Below, in pieces: positions 13,991 to 27,498 of a stretch of DNA of 64,000 nt (position 1 is its first letter; every line of letters begins with the position of its first letter). A program made the position numbers and the translations under genes. The stretch spans positions 16,926,001 to 16,990,000 of the forward strand of contig OZ316775.1 in NCBI GenBank assembly GCA_973851085.1, read 5' to 3'. The notes beneath the pieces are model-generated. The model had not been told where the DNA came from. It searched no databases and worked only from the letters and a program-made list of their open reading frames with translations. The DNA is from Ptychomitrium polyphyllum. Its lineage: Eukaryota.

Positions 13991-16900
13991 TACACTAAGT
14001 CATAATAAAATCAGATATGTCTTTTGTTTTGGAAGGGTCAAAATTCAATGTTGTACTGGTCAATGCAAACTACTGGTTCACAAGGTTCAACTTCAGCTTT
14101 GGTGATGGTGCATCCCATAAACAGTACCTATGGAGTGCTACTTGCAAAGTAATGTTATCAGATTTTTATATTAAAGGAATCAGCTCTATCAATGAAACTA
14201 CACACATACTTCATCCTTTCAGTAATGGGATTCACATGTGCTAGTGACATCATTGCCATATCAAGTCAGCTGTGATTTTTATAACATTCTTTATTAAACC
14301 CCTAAACACCTTCTTCCTAGAAGGCTTATCTATTTTAAGTTACCCTTCTGTTACCAAAATGTTGGTTTTTTATTAACAATTTAGAAAGTGTTGAATTTAT
14401 TATCAAATTTTTTGACAAAGGATAGTTGAAGGAATAAGTAATTCTTACAACTTTGGCACAGAATATCATATTGCAGAATCAACATTAAGGTTGTGTTCTA
14501 TTTATAAATCTCTACTAAAAAAATAATTCTAAATGGAATTAGGATTTATTGAATCAAAAACTGAATGATAATTAAAAACTTATGAAAAGATTTCAAATGG
14601 CCATTAATATGAAGCAATTGCAAGTAACAATCAGTGGGTAATTATGACTTTATAAAAAAGTAACAAAATATTGTAGTAGCCAAGAGATTGCCTTTACACT
14701 AATTTAAGAATGTTATGAAATTTATGTGATAGAATAAAACTAGTTTATATTATTTACTTTAATGAGTAGGAAATTAGAAAGTATAAATTCTATAAGTTTT
14801 TTATAATCCAAATAGTACAAAGTACATGATAATAAATACTTGGCTCCACATGTACAAATGAATATAGTTGTTAGCCTATGTACCTATGAATGGTTATGAA
14901 AACAATATCTAGCTAAAAATCTTCTTGTTCAGTTTTGTTTAAAAGAGTAGAGAACGAAATTTGAAGGTGAATATTTCATGGGTGAACATAAACTTTATAA
15001 CATAAATATAGCTTCCCATAGAATGATTGCTAGGGCTTCCTTCATTTGTGGGCCAACTATACATGATCCACCAACAAACTACTCACCCTCAAATTACAAC
15101 TTCGGAAAACACACTTTAATAAAACTTGGAAAGTTGGAAGAGTGATATATAATAATTAATCTATATTGATTGGTGTGTTACCATTGGGCTCATAAATGAA
15201 TACAATATGTTCTGAAGGTTAATGGAGTCCTTCCTGATGAATGAGTTGTCCACTTTGGTTTATTTTGATGCTCTACTAGTTTTAGTTTTTACAAGATATC
15301 TATATGATACAATATTTGACATGTGTGGCACAGCCCACTGACCTACAACAACCAGCTGACTTCAAAATTCATATTTTTCAACCATGATTTCAACACCAAG
15401 TAAACTGAATTTTGTCGTGAAAAAGAAAACCGTGCAACAAGTTTGCAACTCAAACGATATTTAAAACTAATTAATTAGCTAATTAATGAAATTTTAGTAA
15501 TAGTTGTAAAAATTTAGTAAAATCCCTGCAACATGCAACACGTCCAGCTGATAAGACTGTCACTGAGATTTTCTCTAACTCTAGAACTTTAACTTGCCAA
15601 GTTTTCTGTTTTACCTGTTTATATCCGGACAATTATCTGTTACAGGAATCTCTAAGCAGAAGTTCCATGTGACAAGACCCTCTAAGTATGAACTATTCTA
15701 GAAGCCCAAACTAGGCAGTGGGCAGTGACCAGGACGCATAGGAGCACCTAACTAAGATTATTCTAGACCTGGACTGACCTAGACTATTACACCAAGCTTA
15801 GTGGAAAGATTCCCTTAGCTGTTGTGTACTTTGCTAGAGCCATGTACTAATTAGCAAGCTCTAAATGGTACAGGTCCCCGATTGGCAAACCCATGCCACT
15901 CATTCCATTAGCAAATTCTGGGAACATAAAGTGGCTTGTGAACCATCTAATTCGAAAAAGCCCACGAGCTTCTGGCCTGAGTCAGCAGTGGAGGAACTTT
16001 CCAGCATTCTGGGTATAACTGGATCACGGTTACACAAGGTAGGTATGTACCGGGGCTAACATTTTGTGCCTTAAATGAATGGAGAAGGTTCATTTTTGCG
16101 GCCATGGGCTTGCTTACTTATAAGTGATAAAAAGAAAAAAACCATTGTGCTTGCAGGCTAGGAGCTCTGGCCCAATTTTATGTCCATCAACCTTGCTAAG
16201 TGACTGGTCTGAGTTGTTTTTCACCAAAAGAGAAGACTGAAAATATCCTTGTAATATTAACAAGCCTGATAATATTTACAAACATGACATTATTATTCTT
16301 TAGCAATTGAAGCAATTCATTATTAGCTGGGAAAGTAGAATAAGTAATAAATGATAGCAATGACAAAAAATGGATGAAGGAATGAATAGAGGTTGATGAC
16401 ATGGCTTGAACATTTCTTTGATCTTTACTAGAACATGTTTGTAAGAGAAAATTATACTTTTGAACAATAGAAGTATCCTTTAAAAAAAGGAGTTTACATG
16501 AATCATGGAAGAATATTATAGTAATTTGAAATAAATATAAACTTCCTTTTTAAACCCTTTTTCTATTATTTTTCCTTTGAGAACAAAGAGCTTAATCTAA
16601 TTGCAAAAAGTAATTGCTGGCTTATGAAGAACTTCATCAGAGAACAACATCTGATCTTGCCAGATTTTATTACTGCCAGGTGGCAAACTTGCTGGACTGA
16701 TTACTCCCGCTGTTATGTGGCATTTCACAACAATGGTAATTTGATATTTTGAAAAGTTGCATTGTCATAAAATTATTTGTAAATTCATCAACTTATCAAC
16801 CAAAATCTCATTATGGATCATTTTTCATGTCTTTTGTGATTAATATTGAGGCACATACTTTAATGTTGTAGCACGTATTTTAATGCTATAAAGTTTCTTT

Positions 16901-19900
16901 TATTTCATTAGTACACATATTTTAACACATGTGTCTTGAGTCACTCATTTATTTTTTGAAGAGGAGAAAATTAGTTTTTAAATAACTTAATTGCTTTATA
17001 ACATTCTTGAGTAGTGTATGTCATGCACCTTTTTATTCATGTCAAATAATTTTTTTCTTAATTAGATATGAGTTACTTATATGGATTGAGATTCAATTTT
17101 TAAAGTAACTAAAATCTTAGGCGCAAATAAAGGATTCTCTACAAAATGCTACATAGCATATTGGAAGATGGCAAGAAGCATCATAATGTATTTAAACCAA
17201 TCCATTTATGATTTTTTTAAATGAATGATTACTAAATGTAGTTTATACTTCTTGATCCAAATACATAGGAAAGCTCACATGTGACCATAACACTGAAGCA
17301 AATGTACAATGTCAATGAAGAAATAGCACAATTCTTTAAGATTGAAGAAAAACAGGAAAATCACAATTGTTCTACATTTGCACTTCAATGCTATTGTATT
17401 GAAGGCCAAGTTTCCTAATTTTAGAAATATAAATGAAATTTAAAATGGAAGTTCAAAAAAACAAACAACTAGTTGATTAAGTAAATAAATAAAAAGGTAG
17501 AAAAGTACAAAGATAGAGATCAAATGATGGAAAGAGGAATAGAAATATAAAATGATAGAAATATATACACACAATAATAAGATATGGACAAATATTAAAA
17601 TAAATAAAAAAACAAACCAAGCAACCATATACATTAGGCCTTGTTGCTAGAAATAAAAATATAAGATTTAAAAAAATTAAAAATTATTTATTTAAATTTA
17701 TCAAAATAATACACTAAGCCTTATGTTCTTAATAGCCTTACCATCGACGTGCCCATAAGTACTATTTTTAATTGTTTCACTTCAAATTGACAATTAATTA
17801 TTTTTGACACATACATAAACATTAATTCTTTATTGCTCCTATAACATTATTTTTGCACCACTTCTCTATCGTGGGTTATAAGCGGCAGTTTCTAACAATA
17901 AATGCTCATAATATTGAATGCATCTAACAGTGAATGGACACCTACCTCCCCAATAGTTTGGAATACATGCAACGTTAGCGTTCCAACATTGAGGTCTACT
18001 GGGTCTGAACAAGGCATTAGTGTGATCAAAGCTTATCTTCTTGTCCCTGTGCCAACAAACGTCGCTGCTGCGAACCAGAATCGTAGTACAAGAAAGTGCC
18101 TCTGATTGATTTTTGCAATTGTTGCTATTCTCAAGAATGCTCCCAGCAATGAAGACAGAAGCTACTATCTTTAATCACTTTAATCATGGAAACCTTGTGA
18201 AGCTGTTTTTACCCAGATCATGCACACACGCTGGTATTGATTAATTTGCTTTTGGACTAGTAGTGCCCAACTTCTTGTTACTTTTACAAAATCTATATAT
18301 GAAGTCCAGTGTGCCAGTTACAATAAACCAATTTACAATCTAGCTTTATACACAAATATGACTAAACTTTACACTTTAATATAAAGAGTCTTTATAAAAG
18401 AAAGAAAATTAGCAAGGGCACTGCAAATTGTCTTGCCTCTGATAATTTAGTACGAATATGAAAGTCCAGCCAGCAGAGTAGAAATCAGCTTTGGCAGATC
18501 TTGAGGGAGGTAAGCTTGAGTGGAATACCTTCCCTCCACATTCTTTCTTGCCTTGATATCTTACATGTATTTCTTGGTCCTTCAGGTTCTCGGTTCTTGC
18601 TAGACTTTCATCCTTGTTTGCCCTCATGCACATATCCTCAGCCATTTTACTGTTGTTTCTCTCTTTAACCACTAGTAAAAGTCCTTTGGATGCAGGCAGC
18701 TTTACATTAGCGAATACACCGTTCTCTAGTGTTTACGCCAGGTGTACTGCTACAGTTGCCTGATGTAACTCATCATCTCGTAAAAAATCATGACTACTAT
18801 AGCAATTTAGAGCACTGAAATGATTGAAAGCCATGACGGTATTTTAGCAGTTAATGCCTATTTTTTGGGAGCTATCGATTTTTGAATTATCTTTATTGAG
18901 GTGATGTTTTCTTTCTACCCCTTGAAGATTGCAATTGTGCAAGTTGAAAGCTTGTTTTGAAGATCACACTCGCTGCGCAATGTAGTGATTGTTAGAGCAA
19001 CTTACCAGTTCTTCAAATCTGCTTACATGTACAAAACTTCAACGTCAATGACAACACGACACAAACAAGTCTGCTACAGTACCGACTAAGGAAAGAAGAA
19101 TCTTAGACAACAGACACAATACTGAGCACAAACAAGAAGACCTACACAATCCACAACATGATCGAGAAGGCAAACATCAACTTGCACCCTGCTTGCACAG
19201 AAAAGATCACAACACCCTCGATGACAAAAACCACCGTATGTAACCAGAGAGTGAAATTCCCTGGTCAAGGGCATCACTAAACAATATAACTTGTAACCTC
19301 ACACAACTAGCTCTTGCCTTCAGGGCTTTCTCTTGCAAAAATTCCATGTTGAGCGAGTGAGGGTGACTGTGCATATGAAGAGACTCGATGGTGAAGCAAA
19401 AGGGGCAAAACAAAATGAATATTTGCGGCTCACTTAGAGTTTACAAGGAAGGTGTTCACAGATACACCTACAGTTCTCTCATTCTTCCCCTCAGTTTAAA
19501 ACATGTTCCATTCCCTTTCCGAGTCCAGGACTGCCACGAGGTACACATCATGCACCCAAACAGATTGTAATTAAATAAGAACTACAAGCAAGCTTAGAAA
19601 ATAAACTTCAAAGTCAGGCTTCACTTCACTGAAAACAGCGTTTTTATTAAATTTGGATTTTTTAAGTGGACAATGCACTGGGAATTGATGAGGAGATGTT
19701 CCATCTGAACAAGAATATAGCTTTAAGCAAGATTGTGAATGGCAATAGTATGATCATATAGGGTTTTAAATAATGAATCCTTAGATGGACTTTCACAAAA
19801 ATCTAGCTTTTGTTCTAGAATCAATAGGTGAATAGTGACAACTGTATGCTTTTTCATTGTAATAATTACACTCTAATTTTGCTATTACAACATTCAAATA

Positions 19901-20135
19901 TATGACAACCTCAACTATATGACACACTTTTGCGTGACCAATTTACTTGGTTCAAAACCCCCTATAATACGACTATGACACATTGTAATTTGACAACCAA
20001 GAATCCACATTTATCATAAAATAGAGGTGATTAATGCTTAATATATATGGATTTCATTTTAAATGATGAATATATGCAAAAAAATATGGTGCTTCATTCA
20101 TTTATTATTAAAAACCTTATGAAAACTTCTATAAT

Positions 20136-20238
20136 CTAGGGTTAAAAAATGGTGGCTAGGATTTGTGTGGTAGCTAGGGTTTTAGAATGGAAGCTAGGAT
20201 TTGAATGGCAACTAGGGCTTGTATGGCGGCCAAGGTTG
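20136..20238. repeat. Degenerate ~20-bp tandem array of (T)GGCNGCTAGGGTT-like units, similar to the repeat in the copia LTR
   Basis: CTAGGGTTAAAAAATGGTGGCTAGGATTTGTGTGGTAGCTAGGGTTTT...GGCAACTAGGGCTTGTATGGCGGCCAAGGTT resembles the reverse complement of 27300-27350. Confidence 0.6.
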
Positions 20239-22589
20239 ATTATAATTAATAAGCTTAGTATTGCAAATTTTAGAAGACATGTAGTGTATTTTAGTATTTT
20301 ATAACTATTGTAATGTGCTTCTATATTTATTTTGGGTCAAATTATAGAAAGTTCAATAATATAACATCAATTGTTTTAAATGTCATATAATAAAAAAGGG
20401 AACATTTTAACAATACAACAATTTTCTTAGTTTCCAAACTTGTCATATTAGAGAGGAATAATAACATATGTGTTTATAAGTAGGATTTCCATTCTTTAAG
20501 TATATCATATATTATATTAAAGCAATTTATTATATCAAAACATCAAAATAAATTAAATGACAAGAAAATAGGTTCCAACTTTAAGTAATGTTGGGTGATT
20601 TTGGAAGACCTTCTTCACCAATGTAGGTTAATAACTTATGAATTATGGAACTATGGAATGGTGCATATATAAATCTTATCTAAAATTGACCACTATATAA
20701 TATATGGAAGTTGATTGTTGAAGTTCATATAGAAGTAACTTTCAATAGAGACATGAGTAGATTGAAGTGTTTTAGGACTCAGCTAATCCACATGGAAACT
20801 TGCCTTAACACATGACATGAGGTTTCTTCTTGGTATAATTCTTTATAACAGTTTTACATATGTCTTGGTATTCTATTCTAGGTTGTGTTCCTTTTTTCCT
20901 CTTTTTTCCTTTTCTTTTCATTATCTCCTCTTTAAAGTGACCATGGAAAAAAGACAGTGGTTAAATAGGAATTTATATGGGTACGAAGACTTCTGCTTTG
21001 CTTGCCGTGCAAAATTGACACTGCAAATGAAAGGAAAATATGACCCAAGTGAAACTGAAGGTATTTACTTCTCCGAATGCCGAGAGGGAACAAGGACACA
21101 CAGCTGGGCACCACTTGCCAACTGCTTGGATGTGAATATAGGGTGAAGATCTTTGCTCCATGTGATGATTCCAGTGCTCTCTGGTTGAGACTCCAATGAA
21201 CTGGCCTCGTGAGTGCATACTACAGTACTACAACTACAGTACTCTGTTCTCCGCACATATCTTCTGCCTTTTGGTTGTCTGAAAGGCCATGAAGCTGCCA
21301 TGAACCATAAACAACGAACTGATTAACTTGGTCATCACAAATTCGGAATAGAGAAGAATCGAGATTCCAGGGCTGCTTTGTAGCAAAGTTCTATACGGAT
21401 GCTCTTGATTCTGGAGTGCCTCAACCTTTTAGTCTGACGGGCTGTAAATTTTTCATGTCTTTTCCAGGAATCTTTTTTCCACATTTGCTCTACTACACGT
21501 ATGTATGGCCGTGTATGACCATGTGAATATGTAATAGATTAGATTAGCTCCACACATTTGTGAAATATTGCAAAACAATTCACTGCATATGTGAAGAATT
21601 TATAACGCCCATCTTAAACATACATTTCTTTTGTTTGTGAAATATAATATGCTGAAAAGCACTTATACGATGATTCTTAATAGAAAGCTCCAAATTCACA
21701 CTTTGAGACTTTGCATAGATTTAAATAAAATTAAGTGACCTATTTAACAAGTCTATGCATGAACAAGTCTATGCATGCAAGTGTGCAATAAAAGTAGTTG
21801 ACGATATGGCAGATACACTTTAAATCTTTAAGCTTAAACAATGAACATACAAATTTTCCAAGTATTTTCGTAAATCACAAATTATAAATACCAAAATTTG
21901 TTGCAAAGTATTGAATTTTAAAAATCAAATCATACAAATCTAGCAATAAGAATAACATAGTCAAAACTTCAGTATGACATTTATGCTTCACGTTTTTTCT
22001 TAGCAAAACATACTTTTATCATTATATGGACTTTGATTATATAATACACTTCTACATGCTACATGTTAACAACCATTATACCTAAAATTTTGCAAACATC
22101 CACAAAAGTGTGTATACTTTTTATGTTTCTTTCATGAGATTATTGTGTATTTTATCCCTGCATATTTAAAAAAAGTTATCTCAAGCTGTATCTCAAATTA
22201 GCATCATCAATTATATAAAATATTATATCTTGTTGTAATTACACACCTTATACTGAGTTATGGCTAATTAAACTTAGAACTCGTTTTATTTTTAACAGTC
22301 ATAAATATTAAAAAATTAGCATTTAATATCAATAATTATAATTATAATTATAATTATACATAAATCTATAACATTAATAAATATTGATTTTACACTTGAA
22401 GAAAAAGAATTAAATTATTCGCACTAATCATTTTATCATATTAGCCAAACCAACCATTAAAAAAGCTTCCATGGCCTTATGAAATCTTTCAAAAACCTTT
22501 CTAAAACTCCTCTTATTCAAGGTCCTTAAAGAACATATTACAACGACTACTTAAAATTGTAGAAAGTCAAAAATTTCTCACATGGTATC

Positions 22590-23132
22590 TGTCATAGATA
22601 TTAATCATATAACATAGTCCTTAAAACATTCTAAAACCTTCTAAGATACTATAAACATTTCTTAGACTACTTTTAAATGTCTCCATAGCCTTTCCACGTT
22701 CTTAGTACACTTCCTAGAAAAGTTCCTCCACCTTACAAAACTTCTAAGAAAAGTTTCTACCTCTTTAGGAAATTTCCTAAGAAGGTTCCGCTACCTTGGG
22801 AAACTTCCAAAAAAAGGTTCCAATTCCTTAGAAGCATCTTAGGAAGGTTCCAACATCTTGGAAAACTTCATGGGAAGGTTCTATAGACTTCTAGAACATT
22901 CTTAAGCCTTGTAAGAAGCTTCTTTAGAAGTATCCTAGGACATACAAACGTCATAGTATAAATAGGAGGTAAGACAAGGTATTCTTTAGTCTTGCCAATA
23001 CAAGTTGTGGATCATCTTGAATTCTGCCTTGCTCTAGTATTTATATCAAGTTTTTTGTAAATCATAAGCTCTTTGGAAGCTAATTCTTGAAAAACACTTC
23101 GTTTCTACTTCTTGTTTCTTATGTCTCCAACA
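22590..23132 (+). repeat. 5' LTR of element A (543 bp) with ~30-bp internal tandem units
   Basis: TG...CA ends; homologous to 37823-38351 (-) and to 26595-27107 plus 33490-33545 (-). Confidence 0.9.
22957..22964 (+). promoter_or_regulatory. LTR TATA box
   Basis: TATAAATA, conserved in the sister LTRs (TATAAATA / TATAAGTA), 31 nt upstream of AGTCTTGCCAA. Confidence 0.75.
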
Positions 23133-23134
23133 GT

Positions 23135-23144
23135 TTGGCAAGAC
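23135..23144 (+). promoter_or_regulatory. Self-priming-type primer binding site of element A
   Basis: TTGGCAAGAC, 2 nt after the LTR, is the exact reverse complement of LTR 22989-22998. Confidence 0.8.
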
Positions 23145-23369
23145 CATTATTCATCTTTGTCAGAGCTAAGGTTTTTTGAAGAAGATTGTGGATTATCCAT
23201 TTTCTTTAAGGATTCTATAGTGTCTTAGAGGTTGCAAATTACCCTCCTCTAAGCTAGCACCATAGAGTTGGTTTCTCCTTCTAAAATCAAATACCACTTC
23301 TTTCAAAAGACGTGGATTACCTTCGTTTGAAGGTACTCATAAAGTTCTTGTATTTGACAATCTTAAGAA

Positions 23370-24388
23370 ATGGATAACGTGCTTGGACCATCAGAGAATA
23401 GGTTTGCAACTATTGCAGGCTTTCAAGAGTTATTAAACACAGTTCAAACGGAACTCGCCCACTTCAACACCACCAACAACTTGGAATAACACACTCGGCA
23501 AGCTGAAGAATCCAATGGTAATATTCAAAGTTTATATTAAAAGGTTGTTATATTGCGAGAGGCCAATATTGGAAGAAAAGGCTTACGTCAAATCTATGCA
23601 GAGCCAAAGATTAGCATGCCAGAGAAGTTCGATGTATCAAGATCAAAGTTAAGAGGTTTTGTACAAGAAGTAAGGTTGTTCTTTAATTTGCATCATTCTT
23701 GCTATCCTGATGGCACAACTAAAGTGAGATTTGTAGCCACTCTTTTATCAAACAATGCACTATTGTGGTTTACACCATTAATGGAGAAGCAGTCACCATT
23801 ATTGAACAATTTAGATGCTTTATTAAAGCATTGACACCTACTTTTGGAGACACTGAACAAAAGAAGGTGGCTGAAACAAGCATCCAAAGTCTACAATAGG
23901 AATAGCGCTCAACTGCTATACATGCTGCAATATTATAATGTGTAGCTTATGACTTTGATTGGAATGATAAAGCCTTGGTCACACAATTCCGATGGGGTTT
24001 AAAAGAGAATGTGAAGGACTTGTTACTGATAATGCTAATGGTTGAAACATTGGACGAATTCATCACTCAAACAATAGCATGTGACAAAAGACTATTTGAG
24101 AGGCGCCAAGAACAATGCTTGAGATGGCGACCAGTACATCAAAATATGGCAACTACTTCTTCAAGAGTATTTGATAGCAAACCACAAGGACCAGAGCCTA
24201 TGCAAATTGATGCTGCTCAGTTTAGACGTTTAATTCCAGAAGAAAAAGAAAAGCATCGAAGAGAAAATCTATGTTTAGTTTGTGGCAAGTTTGGACATAA
24301 ATTGCACGATTGCCAAATCAAAGGATTTTCCTTAAAGGTTCAAAGCACAATGGTGGAAATGGAGAACAAAGCTGTCCAGTCACAGTAG
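23370..24388 (+). pseudogene. gag: gag of element A (stops and frameshifts)
   Basis: ORFs 23553-23834 and 23975-24388 carry retrotransposon gag motifs and a CCHC knuckle; ends ENKAVQSQ*. Confidence 0.88.
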
Positions 24389-26594
24389 GGACCATGCGAA
24401 TGAACACTACAAGAAAACGACCATCAAATCAAGGTCTCTTACTATCTTCAAGACCTACGTCTTGTTTTATATTTCCTATCAATATTAAATTGTTAGATAA
24501 TGAAATAGTTAATGAGGCTCTTTTAAACACTGGTGTAACAACATGTTTCAAAAACAAGGATTTTACAACCAAATATTACATGGTACTTGTGAATAAAAAT
24601 TATCCCGCACTTATTGAAGTTAGTGATGGACGATCTCTTGCGTCTAACAATGTTATTGAAGAAACTCAACCCTTAGAGGTTGTTTTAGGGGACCAGCCAT
24701 TTAAGATTGTCTTCAACATCATTCAATGCCGAACAAATTTTATTGTTTTGGGCCTTCCTTGGTATGATTTACATAATCCAGATCTAAATTAGGGCTCACG
24801 GAGTGTAGTTTCAAGGAAAAGCTGTCAAGGTACAAGAAATTTTGAACCATCATTTATTAGAGCTAAGGTATTCATGAGAACAGCAAAGGATGAATCAATC
24901 TATGCCATTTATACAACGCCAATGTTTAGCTCTCCGATAGAGACTAATAAAAGCATACTTTGTCAATATCAAGATTATAAAGATGTTTTTGAAAAAAAAA
25001 ATGTGGACATATTACCAAAGCACCGGCCTTACAATTGTACCATTGAGTTGCAAGAAGGAGCCCAACCACCTTTTGGACCTATTTATAATTTATCACAAAC
25101 CGAGTTGACTGCCTTGAGAGAATATATTGATGAAAACCTTGGAAAGGGTTTCATTCAACACTCTAAATCACCTGCTGGAGCACCTATTCTATTCGTAAAG
25201 AAGAAAGATGAATCATTACGTATGTGCGTGGACTATTGAGGCCTCAATAAAGTAACAAAAAAGAATTGCCATCCATTACCATTAATCTCAGGATTCCTAG
25301 AACAACTACGCAAAGTAAAAATATTCACGAAATTGACCTTAGAGGAGCCTACAATCTTGTACGCATCAAAGAAAGAAACGAATGGAAGACAACTTTTTGA
25401 TCTAGATATGGCCATTTTGAATACAATGTCATGCCTTTTGGCATAACTAATGGCCCCACAGTCTTCCAACACATGATGAATGATATCTTCTAAAAACATC
25501 TGGATGATTCTGTAGTCATCAGCTTCGTTAACACTTTGATATATTCAAAGGATGAACAAGACCACAAATGTCATGTGCGACTGGTCTTAGAAAAACTACG
25601 CCAGGGAGGGTTATATGCCAAATTGGAGAAGTGCCTTTTCCATGAATCCTCGGTTGAATTTTTAGGCTACATCATTTCCAAAGGAGGAATCCATATGGAT
25701 AAGAAAAAAATAAGCACTGTCATGGAGTGGAGTACTCCAAGATCAATTCGAGATGTTTAATGCTTTTTGGGATTTAAAAACTTCTACAAGATATTCATCA
25801 AGGATTATTCCAAGATTGCGGTACCATTAACACATCTTAGGGGGAAGCAAAAATTCATTTGGGATGAAGATGCGGGAAAAGCATTTCAAAGTCTTAAGAA
25901 GTCATTCACGTTGGTTCTAATTTTTATTCATCCAAATCCACCAAAGCCTTTTTATTTGGAAGCGGATGCCTCAGATTAAGTGCTTGGCTCAGAGTTCTCA
26001 CAATATGTTGAAGACGAAAAACTTCACCTTCTTGCCTCTCGTTCAAGGAAGTTTTCAACGGCGGAGATCAACTATGATATACATGATAAAGAACTATTTG
26101 CAATTGTGGATGCATTTGAAGAATGGCAAGACTTATTGGAACGAGCTCAATATACCATCAGGAGAATTTGGAGTATTTCATGAATACTCAAATTTTGAAT
26201 TGTTGTCAGGCAAGGTGGAGTATGTCGCTCTTTAGATTTGAGTACGTCATTACCTCTCGACCTGGTAGCTTCCAAAATAAGCCAGATTTCTTATTTCGAA
26301 GATCTTATTTAGCTCCTCAAATTAGAGATGATGTTTTGGATTAACAAAGGATTATTTTATTGAAGTTACACATTTTCCAATTGAAAGCAGCAATTATTAC
26401 TTCAACATCTCATTTTGACAAAATTCAGAAGGCTTTAAAGAATGATGTCTTTGATTCAAATATAAGGATGCGCCTCAAAGACAATGGAGATCTTATAAAT
26501 AACAACGAGGGCTTTGAATTCTAAGGGGGCTTCCCTTATTTGAAAGGACTTTTGTACCTATTTCTTCGCCCTTTGCAATTGATGATGCTTCTAG
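24361..26594 (+). pseudogene. pol: pol of element A (PR-RT-RNase H), disrupted and truncated
   Basis: ALLNTGVT (protease, D->N), [46 protein letters not shown]. Confidence 0.92.
24963..26150 (+). repeat. Left arm of a 1,188-bp apparently perfect inverted repeat (partner 35922-37109)
   Basis: Same length on both arms; identical ORF translations, stops, frameshifts and a 10-nt homopolymer. Confidence 0.93.
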
Positions 26595-27107
26595 TATAGA
26601 GGACACAAGAAAGAAGAACAAAGAGTTTTCCAAGAATTAGCTTCCAAAGAACTAATGATTAAAAAGAAGTTGATACAAAGACTAGAACTAGGCAGGATTC
26701 AAGATGATCCACAACTTTTGTTGGCAAGACTAAGGAATACCTTGTCTTGCCTCCTACTTATACTATGACGTTTGTATCTCCTAGGATACTTCTAAAGAAG
26801 CTTCTTACATGGCTCAAGAATGTTCTGGAAGTCTAAAGAACCTTCCCAAGAAATTTCCTAAGTTATTGGAACCTTCCTAAGAGTCTTCCAAGGGATTGGA
26901 ACCTTCCATGGAAATCTCCTAAGGTAGTGAAACCTCCTTAGGAAGTTCCCTAAAGTGATGAAACCTTCCTAGGAAGCTTCCTAAGATGATATAATCTTCC
27001 TAGGAAGTTTCCTCAGGTGGAGGAACTTTCTTACAAAGCTTCCCAATAACATGGAAAAACTATGGAGACATCTAAAACATTTTTAAGAAACTTTTTTAGT
27101 ATACTAG
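26595..27107 (-). repeat. Distal part of the 3' LTR of element B
   Basis: Reverse complement aligns with the LTR at 22590-23132 (30-bp units, TATA, AGTCTTGCCAA). Exact terminus is degenerate. Confidence 0.85.
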
Positions 27108-27471
27108 TATTGAAGAAATGCAACAAAGCTAGTACAATAAGCAAGAAGAGAGAGAGCAAAGTTGCAACAAGAGAAGTGTGGAGCAAGATGACTCCCACCT
27201 CCAAAATCCCTCTACTTATACTTGAGAGTCATCCACCAAACTGTGCCACTTGGCGGCCAGCATTTGCCTCCACTATATGAGTGACATGTGGCGGCTAACC
27301 CTAACCCTAGCCGCCATACAAAACCCTTGTTGCCTTATTTTAACCCTAGCCTCCATATCCCCTGTAGCTTCCTTCTTCATATCCCTTTGACCATTAGCAA
27401 CATATCAAGCTCTAAGCCTACACTAGGATACTTCAACTAGGATTACTTTATATGTTTCACACTTTGCAACA
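27108..27471 (-). repeat. Copia 3' LTR
   Basis: Direct repeat of 33125-33489; preceded on the minus strand by the purine tract AAAGTAAGAG. Confidence 0.95.
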
Positions 27472-27498
27472 CTCTTACTTTGCTACTGGTCAAAGGGC

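Larger units (their letters stand above)
22590..26594 (+). mobile_element. Ty3/gypsy element A (Tcn1/Tf1-like chromovirus family), 3'-truncated
   Basis: LTR TGTCA...CAACA; gag (PEKFD, GPEPMQID, CLVCGKFGHKLHDC); protease; RT; RNase H. Breaks off at the start of integrase where an opposite-strand LTR begins. Confidence 0.92.

Noticed and set aside
11290..17634. Short AT-rich ORFs (e.g. 11290-11481, 11586-12008, 17440-17634)
   Set aside because: Composition-driven F/I/L/K-rich translations without motifs or exon structure.
19868..20460. Possible pogo/Tc1-like MITE around the TAGGGTT array
   Set aside because: TATGACA/TGTCATA motifs near both ends are suggestive, but TIRs and a TA TSD cannot be defined.
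21290..21300. TGAAGCTGCCA, matching the 5' half of miR167
   Set aside because: The match stops after 11 nt and no precursor fold-back is visible.
22709..22890. Regular ~30-bp repeats that might suggest a CRISPR array
   Set aside because: Degenerate tandem units without unique spacers, inside a eukaryotic LTR.
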